Below the pieces are notes generated by a model. That model did not search any database, was not told the DNA's origin, and worked only from the letters and a program-made list of their open reading frames with translations. The position numbers and the translations under genes are program-made. Shown one piece after another: positions 58,382-64,000 of a stretch of 64,000 bases of DNA. Position 1 is the first letter of the stretch. Every line of letters begins with the position of its first letter. Origin of the DNA: Candidatus Heimdallarchaeota archaeon (GTDB taxonomy: Archaea > Asgardarchaeota > Heimdallarchaeia > Heimdallarchaeales > Heimdallarchaeaceae); contig JAEOTE010000108.1 of assembly GCA_016839945.1 (NCBI GenBank), positions 25,966 to 89,965 of the forward strand, given 5' to 3'.

Positions 58382-59773
58382 TTAACAACCTTTTTCATGG
58401 AAAATAAGCACTTGAATTTCTCTTAAAATTAGTTGCAATTCTATTTGAACTAAATTATAAAATGGATTTTCTGCAAGAGGATGGAGATCATATGAGTTGG
58501 AAGAACCATCAATTGAATAATTTTCTGCTACTAAGTTTGACCAATAGTTACCCTCCAGAAACGTCTCATCGTACCATTTGTTATTAGAACCAGAATCTGA
58601 TGCTTGCGATGATCCAGCTAGATTATTATCTATGAAGCTATTATGATGGATAGTGTTATTATCAGAACCATTTAACAAAATTATTCCATATTCGTCATTA
58701 TCTCTTATAAGATTGTAAGAGATTTTACAAAAATCAGTATTATTTAGATTAAGACCTATATTATTATTAATAATTATGTTTTCTTGAATTGTGTAATTTG
58801 AAGACTCCAATAGTTCAATTCCTTTGGTTAAACTACTGCTACAAAAGTTTTCAAAAATTGTCCCAGTAATTGATTCTTCTATGTAAATACCTACTTCATT
58901 TTCATCACAATTATTTCCAAGTATTTGTGAATTATTTGATTTATGATTGTAAATACCATATTCTTCATTGTTATTACATACATTATTTTCTACCGTAGAA
59001 TTTGGTGAAAACAATAAAGAAATCCCACACTCCTCATTGTAAGAACAGATGTTATCTATAAGTGTAGAATTGGTAGAATCACCAATTCGAATTCCATGAT
59101 TTATAAATTCTACTGCATTAGTTAGTTGATCATTATTGTTACTACAATCATTTTTATTGATGATAGAATCTTGAGAATCATACATATTGATTCCACTTAA
59201 ATAATTTCTTTTGCAAGTGTTATTAGTAATAATAGCTGAATCAGCATTCCAAAGAAAAATACCACTATGTGTATTATTACAGCAGAAATTATCTTTAATT
59301 ATTGTATTTTTAGAGTTGGTAATGGATATGCCTGCAGCCAGGTTATCGCTACATATATTGTTAATAATGGTTATAGAATCACTATTAGATATTTCCACAC
59401 CATACTCATTATTTCTGCAGATAATATCAATTATTTTAACTGTACCAGTAGCTATGTTTACAATGAAAATCCCAGAGATATTTGCATTTAGGTAACAATT
59501 CTGAATTGTAAAGAACAAAGTTGTATTCCTGATATAAATACCATATGTACTTTCTGTTGTGATGTTTAAATTTTGTATAAGATATGGTTTTTTTTGAGTT
59601 CCTTTTCCTTTAAAATTAAAGTTCTTAAAATCTTCATCTCCCCAAATGAAGATTGCTTCATGCTCAACTAGTTTATTTTTAGATTTAATAGTGGTATATA
59701 GAATTACTACAGAAGATATAGCGATTACTATACTTAACGAAACTCCTAATATTAATTTTAGATTTCTTCTCAC
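58382..59773 (-). CDS. NosD-type beta-helix surface protein with N-terminal anchor (cassette copy B)
   Basis: N-terminal TM, IWGDEDFKN.NFKG.GT.KKP.LIQNLNIT, Cys/Asn-ladder repeats. Confidence 0.82.
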   Translation of the reverse strand: MRRNLKLILGVSLSIVIAISSVVILYTTIKSKNKLVEHEAIFIWGDEDFKNFNFKGKGTQKKPYLIQNLNITTESTYGIYIRNTTLFFTIQNCYLNANISGIFIVNIATGTVKIIDIICRNNEYGVEISNSDSITIINNICSDNLAAGISITNSKNTIIKDNFCCNNTHSGIFLWNADSAIITNNTCKRNYLSGINMYDSQDSIINKNDCSNNNDQLTNAVEFINHGIRIGDSTNSTLIDNICSYNEECGISLLFSPNSTVENNVCNNNEEYGIYNHKSNNSQILGNNCDENEVGIYIEESITGTIFENFCSSSLTKGIELLESSNYTIQENIIINNNIGLNLNNTDFCKISYNLIRDNDEYGIILLNGSDNNTIHHNSFIDNNLAGSSQASDSGSNNKWYDETFLEGNYWSNLVAENYSIDGSSNSYDLHPLAENPFYNLVQIELQLILREIQVLIFHEKGC

Positions 59774-59861
59774 TTCTTCACCATCTTCAATTTATTTTTG
59801 GTGTTTATCAAAAATACGATTTGATTTTGATTGAAATTTTCATGAAACCTTTTTACAATCT

Positions 59862-60878
59862 TCATCTAATCACCTTCTTACCTGTCTCTGTTATGAAAAT
59901 TCTATACTCTCTTCCCCATTTCTCTTTTATTATCAGTTGTTTTTCCTCCAGAGGAGACAAATTTCTCGAAATCTTAGATTTCGTAAATCCTGTTAATTCC
60001 ATAATTTCTTTTTGGAGTATTTTTCCTTCATGTTCATCAATTGTCTTTAGTAATATTTTCTGGTTTTCTGTCAGGAATATCTTTTCTATTTCAATCATTT
60101 TGTTTTTTTCTCTTCTTCTCATCAATATTATTACAAAAATTGATCCTAATGCAATTCCTAGGAACGGACTAAAAATAGACCAAAATAAAAGGGATTTTGT
60201 ATTAAATGGTTCATCAAACCATATAAAAATCTGATTAGTTGTATCAGGTAATAAATTCCTAAATTCCCAAGTAATGTAGAATCTATTTCCTGAATCGTCT
60301 TTAGTTGCGTTACTTGGAAAATATGAATTCGAAAAATCGTCAAATTCATGAATAAAACTGTTTTTTGGCAACCTTACAGTTATATGATGCCTTTGTGTGA
60401 AATAATAGTTATATTTTAAGATTTGAAAATAATAATATGAAGGCTTTCCTTCAACCTTAGGAAGTTCTTTATCAAGATTGTAGGTTACACGAAGAAGAAC
60501 TGATTGATTGTGATTAATACTAGAACGAAAATATATTTTTATTATTCCTGTTTCATCAGGAGGATCATAAGATAAGACTCCATCTTCATCCTGAATTTGT
60601 AGGTTTTTAAATGATTGATTTAATAAATAATCTATCTGCAAAATCTGTGTATTATTTATGTTTTTAATATTAATATCCTCATCCACAATTATTTCATTTT
60701 CATTTATGATATCAATAATTGTATGTTGGGAAATGATTACAACAGGTTTTTCTTCTGAATTAGACTTCATTGGTTCAAAAGGGTATACTTTGCTGAATGT
60801 CCCATTATTTCCAAAACTAAAGCATATAATTAATAGGAACGTAAAAATGCACTTAAGGAGAATCTTCCTAACACGCAT
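59862..60878 (-). CDS. Membrane-anchored transcription regulator: extracellular beta domain, TM, cytoplasmic winged HTH (copy B)
   Basis: Signal segment, ~180-aa beta-rich domain, TM, LTENQKILL...QKEIMELTGFTKSKISRNL..LE...I.KE.WGRE (COG2512-like wHTH). Confidence 0.8.
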   Translation of the reverse strand: MRVRKILLKCIFTFLLIICFSFGNNGTFSKVYPFEPMKSNSEEKPVVIISQHTIIDIINENEIIVDEDINIKNINNTQILQIDYLLNQSFKNLQIQDEDGVLSYDPPDETGIIKIYFRSSINHNQSVLLRVTYNLDKELPKVEGKPSYYYFQILKYNYYFTQRHHITVRLPKNSFIHEFDDFSNSYFPSNATKDDSGNRFYITWEFRNLLPDTTNQIFIWFDEPFNTKSLLFWSIFSPFLGIALGSIFVIILMRRREKNKMIEIEKIFLTENQKILLKTIDEHEGKILQKEIMELTGFTKSKISRNLSPLEEKQLIIKEKWGREYRIFITETGKKVIR

Positions 60879-60930
60879 TAATTATTTAATATTTTTTTAA
60901 ATTTTAAAAGCGTTTCCTAAAAATAGAAGT

Positions 60931-60983
60931 TTACCAAGCTTTAACTGGTTTGGAAGTCAAGCTTCTTTGTTTATTAATATTCT
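60931..60983 (-). pseudogene. Relic of the 3' end of rpoP
   Basis: Reads RILI/KQRSLTSKPVKAW* (1-nt deletion) versus RILIKQRSLIAKPVKAR* of intact rpoP; about 42/54 nt identical by manual alignment. Confidence 0.85.
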
Positions 60984-62374
60984 ATTTCTTTCAAAAACAA
61001 AACCATTCTTGTTTGAAGCAAGTTATCTAGCGGATCTTCATTAAGAGGGTATATATCAAAAGAACTGGAAGGACCATCAATAGCATAATTCCCCGCAACC
61101 CAATTTGTCCACCAATTACCTTCATTAGCATTTTCATCATACCAAGTATTCCCCTCACTTTCATCATAAGCTTGAGAAGTCCCTGATAAATTATTATCTA
61201 CAAAACTATTATGATGAATTGTATTATTATCTGAATCACTCAGTAGTTTGACACCATAACCAATATTCTCTTTGATAAGATTATAAGATATCTCGCAAAA
61301 ATCAGTGTTGTTTAGATAAAGACCTATTTCATTTTCAGAGATATTATTTCTTTGTATAGTGAAATTTGAAGAATTATCAAGCATTATACCAGCAAAAGTA
61401 TTTTGACTGCAATAATTATCAGTAATTGATCCTTTAAGAGCTTCTACAAAGAAAATACTTGCATTGTTTTCATCACAATTGTTTCTAAGTACATAGGAAT
61501 TATCAGAATTAGAAATATAAATCCCAGACTGTTCATTACCGCTGCAGATATTATCTTCTACTGTAGAATTAGACGATAGTAAAAGGTAGATGCCATAGTC
61601 CTTATTATCAGAGCAGATGTTGTTGGTGATTGATGTGTTAGCAGAATCTACAATATAAATTCCCGGACTGTAAGGAATTAATCTAATACTAGGTCTTTTT
61701 TCATTGTTGTTACATTTATTGTTAGCAACTATAGAATTTGGCGAATCATATAAACTAATTCCGCTAAACTCATTTCTTTCACATGTATTATTGTAAAGAT
61801 TAACTGAATCAGAATTTGAAATAATTATTCCATAATCAGAATTATTATTACACACATTATTTTCTAGATTGAAATTGGAACAATCAGAAATAGATATTCC
61901 TGCACCAAACCTAAAGTAAATAATTATTTCTGGGTAACTATTATCACTACAAATGTTATTTATTACAGAGAAAGAATCAGAGTTTCTAATTTCAATACCA
62001 TATCTATTGTTTCTACAGATATTGTTCAATATTTTGAATGTACCAGATTCTACATTCGTGACATGGATTCCAGCAGTATCAACATCTAGATAACAATTTT
62101 GAATTATGAAATGTAAAGAAGTATTTCTGATATAAATACCAAAATTACTCGCGCCTGTTATGTTTAGATTTTGTATAAGGAAAGGTTTCTTAGGTGTTCC
62201 TTCCCCTTTGAAGTTATAATTCTTAAAATCCTCATCTCCCCAAATTATGATTGACTCATGTTCAATTAGTTTATTATCGGGTGCTAAAGTTACAAATAGA
62301 GTTACTGCGGTAGATATAGCTATTGCTACACTTATTGAAATACTTAATATTTTTCTTGTATTTCTTCTCACCAT
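60974..62374 (-). CDS. NosD-type beta-helix surface protein with N-terminal anchor (cassette copy A)
   Basis: Close paralog of 58382-59773. Confidence 0.82.
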   Translation of the reverse strand: MVRRNTRKILSISISVAIAISTAVTLFVTLAPDNKLIEHESIIIWGDEDFKNYNFKGEGTPKKPFLIQNLNITGASNFGIYIRNTSLHFIIQNCYLDVDTAGIHVTNVESGTFKILNNICRNNRYGIEIRNSDSFSVINNICSDNSYPEIIIYFRFGAGISISDCSNFNLENNVCNNNSDYGIIISNSDSVNLYNNTCERNEFSGISLYDSPNSIVANNKCNNNEKRPSIRLIPYSPGIYIVDSANTSITNNICSDNKDYGIYLLLSSNSTVEDNICSGNEQSGIYISNSDNSYVLRNNCDENNASIFFVEALKGSITDNYCSQNTFAGIMLDNSSNFTIQRNNISENEIGLYLNNTDFCEISYNLIKENIGYGVKLLSDSDNNTIHHNSFVDNNLSGTSQAYDESEGNTWYDENANEGNWWTNWVAGNYAIDGPSSSFDIYPLNEDPLDNLLQTRMVLFLKEIEY

Positions 62375-62459
62375 TTCATCAACTTCAAGTTGTTTTTAAT
62401 ATTTATCAAGAATCTGATTCGATTTTTGTTGAGAAAGTCATGAAACCATTTCGTAATCT

Positions 62460-63488
62460 TCATCTAACCACCTTTTTACCAGTTTCTGTTATGAAACACT
62501 TATATTCGCGTCCCCAGCGCTCTTTAGTTATTAGCTGCCTTTCTTCCAGAAGATTCAAATTTCTTGAAACCCTTGATTTCGTGAATCCTGTTAGCTCCAT
62601 TATTTCTTTTTGGTGTAATCTTCCCCCATGTTCATCAATTAGCTTTAGTATAAGCTGCTGGTTTTCAGTTAGGAATATTTTTTCTATTTCAGTCATTCTG
62701 CTTTTTTCTCTCTTCCTCATCAAGAAAAATACTGAAATTGATCCTAACGCTAATCCTAACAATGGACCAAATATTGACCAAAACAATAATAATTTTGTAT
62801 TTATTGGTTCATCAAACCAAACAAATATTTGATCTACTGTTTCTGGCAATAAATTATTGAATTCCCAAGTAATATAAAATCTATTACCTGTATCAGTTCT
62901 TGTAGCGTTAATAGGAAAAAATGAATATGAATAATCATCAAATTTATGGATAAAACTATTTCTTGGTAGTCTTATTGTAACAATATGGCTGTATGTAAAA
63001 TAATAATTATATCTTAAAATGTGAAAATAAAAATACGAAGGTTTTCCTTCAATTTTAGGAACTTCCGTATCAAGCGTATAGCTTACGTGGAAAAAAACAG
63101 ATTGATTGTGGTTGAGATCTGAGCGAAGAGATATCTTAATTAATCCTTCTTCATCAGGTGAATCAAAATCTAGTAATCCCTCTCTATCTTGTATTTGTAG
63201 ATTTTTGAATGATTGATTTAATAAGTAATCTACATATGAAATCTGCGAATTATTTATATTTCTAATAGTAATGTCTTCTTCTATTATTATTTCATTTTCA
63301 TTTATGATATCTATAATTGTGTGTTGAGAAATGATTTCAACTGGTTTTTCATCTACACTTTTTTTTACTGATTGAAAATTAATTACTGAACTAGAAATCT
63401 TATTGTTTTCCAAATTTACTAACAATATAATTAATAGAATGACAATGCAATTGAGGATTTTTTTCCTAATACGCATTAGTTTCAACAT
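62460..63488 (-). CDS. Membrane-anchored winged-HTH transcription regulator (copy A)
   Basis: Close paralog of 59862-60878 over its full length. Confidence 0.8.
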   Translation of the reverse strand: MLKLMRIRKKILNCIVILLIILLVNLENNKISSSVINFQSVKKSVDEKPVEIISQHTIIDIINENEIIIEEDITIRNINNSQISYVDYLLNQSFKNLQIQDREGLLDFDSPDEEGLIKISLRSDLNHNQSVFFHVSYTLDTEVPKIEGKPSYFYFHILRYNYYFTYSHIVTIRLPRNSFIHKFDDYSYSFFPINATRTDTGNRFYITWEFNNLLPETVDQIFVWFDEPINTKLLLFWSIFGPLLGLALGSISVFFLMRKREKSRMTEIEKIFLTENQQLILKLIDEHGGRLHQKEIMELTGFTKSRVSRNLNLLEERQLITKERWGREYKCFITETGKKVVR

Positions 63489-63546
63489 TTATTAATGAGT
63501 TTTAAAAGCGTTTTCCTAAAAAAGCATATGAGAAATATTACTAAGC

Positions 63547-63693
63547 TTATCTAGCTTTTACAGGTTTAGCAATCAAGCTCCTTTGCTTAATCAAAATTCT
63601 GTGACTACACTTTGGACATTTCACACCTGGTAGCAATCTTAATTCTCCTGGTGTTATTTCATTTTTACATCTTTGGCAAACGTACTTTGTCAT
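63547..63693 (-). CDS. rpoP: DNA-directed RNA polymerase subunit P (Rpo12)
   Basis: Manual translation MTKYVCQRCKNEITPGELRLLPGVKCPKCSHRILIKQRSLIAKPVKAR (48 aa, below track cutoff). Confidence 0.95.
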   Translation of the reverse strand: MTKYVCQRCKNEITPGELRLLPGVKCPKCSHRILIKQRSLIAKPVKAR

Positions 63694-63739
63694 CGTTTTT
63701 ACTCCTTTTCTTCTATTCTTAATTCTTTCTGTTTATGAT

Positions 63740-64000
63740 TTATTCAAGATTTTCAAACTCTTCAAAATTTGAATCTCCATCCATTAATTCTGTTAGAGCT
63801 ATGTCTAATTCTTCCATTGGTATTCTTATCTGCTTCATTGTATCTCTGTCTCGTATTGTAACTGAATAGTCTTTCTTTGAATCATAATCAACAGTTACAC
63901 AGTATGGAATTCCTATTTCATCCGCTCTTGCATATCTTTTACCTATTTTCCCACTTTCATCATAGAATGAAAGATACCCAGCTTCTTTCAACTCATTATG
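63740..64000 (-). CDS. glyS: Glycyl-tRNA synthetase (alpha2 type), C-terminal anticodon-binding domain, 5'-truncated
   Basis: [28 protein letters not shown]....[13 protein letters not shown]. Confidence 0.93.
   Translation of the reverse strand, partial: HNELKEAGYLSFYDESGKIGKRYARADEIGIPYCVTVDYDSKKDYSVTIRDRDTMKQIRIPMEELDIALTELMDGDSNFEEFENLE

Larger units (their letters stand above)
58382..63600 (-). repeat. Diverged tandem duplication of a ~2.6 kb unit (rpoP 3' end, promoter, wHTH regulator, beta-helix protein)
   Basis: Units about 58382-60983 and 60984-63600; shared non-coding blocks such as TTTTAAAAGCGTTT(T)CCTAAAAA at ~60902 and ~63500. Confidence 0.85.

Noticed and set aside
62323-62832. 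Plus-strand ORFs 62323-62832 and 59821-60234 that resemble each other
   Set aside because: Both are antisense to the duplicated wHTH regulators; their similarity comes from the duplication
52400-63600. Provirus or integrative element in the accessory region
   Set aside because: No integrase, transposase, capsid or replication gene and no tRNA att site; only the rpoP relic indicates recombination
1-64000. CRISPR arrays, tRNA or rRNA genes
   Set aside because: No regularly spaced repeats or tRNA/rRNA-like GC-rich segments seen; the rRNA-like words at 40045-40088 are short antisense guides, not rRNA

Overview
AT-rich, gene-dense archaeal chromosomal segment. It is most likely from an Asgard archaeon (Heimdallarchaeia-like); this is inferred from RpoP, SUI1/aIF1, PurP, type II MetAP, a RING protein, Get3 and TRAP-beta-like genes, and expanded NosD-type beta-helix proteins. 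In order, it contains: an M42 peptidase and a fixABCX/ETF operon interrupted by an orphan gene (1-5.3 kb); a ~19 kb purine plus pyrimidine de novo supercluster (9.5-28.6 kb) around a divergent PurR-like regulator, with a PurC-PurS fusion, two PurP paralogs and a purF broken by one in-frame TAA; housekeeping, protease and lipid genes (glpK, map, HtpX, three DegV); and an accessory region of surface and membrane proteins ending at rpoP and glyS. Three items are not in the ORF track. (i) A dual-guide box C/D sRNA at 40027-40105, whose D guide places a 2'-O-methyl on the SSU rRNA C1402 equivalent and whose D' guide matches the LSU peptidyl-transferase region. (ii) The 48-aa rpoP gene. (iii) A diverged relic of the rpoP 3' end marking the junction between two tandem cassettes, each a membrane-anchored wHTH regulator plus a beta-helix surface protein. 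No CRISPR array, tRNA, rRNA, transposase or integrase was seen.
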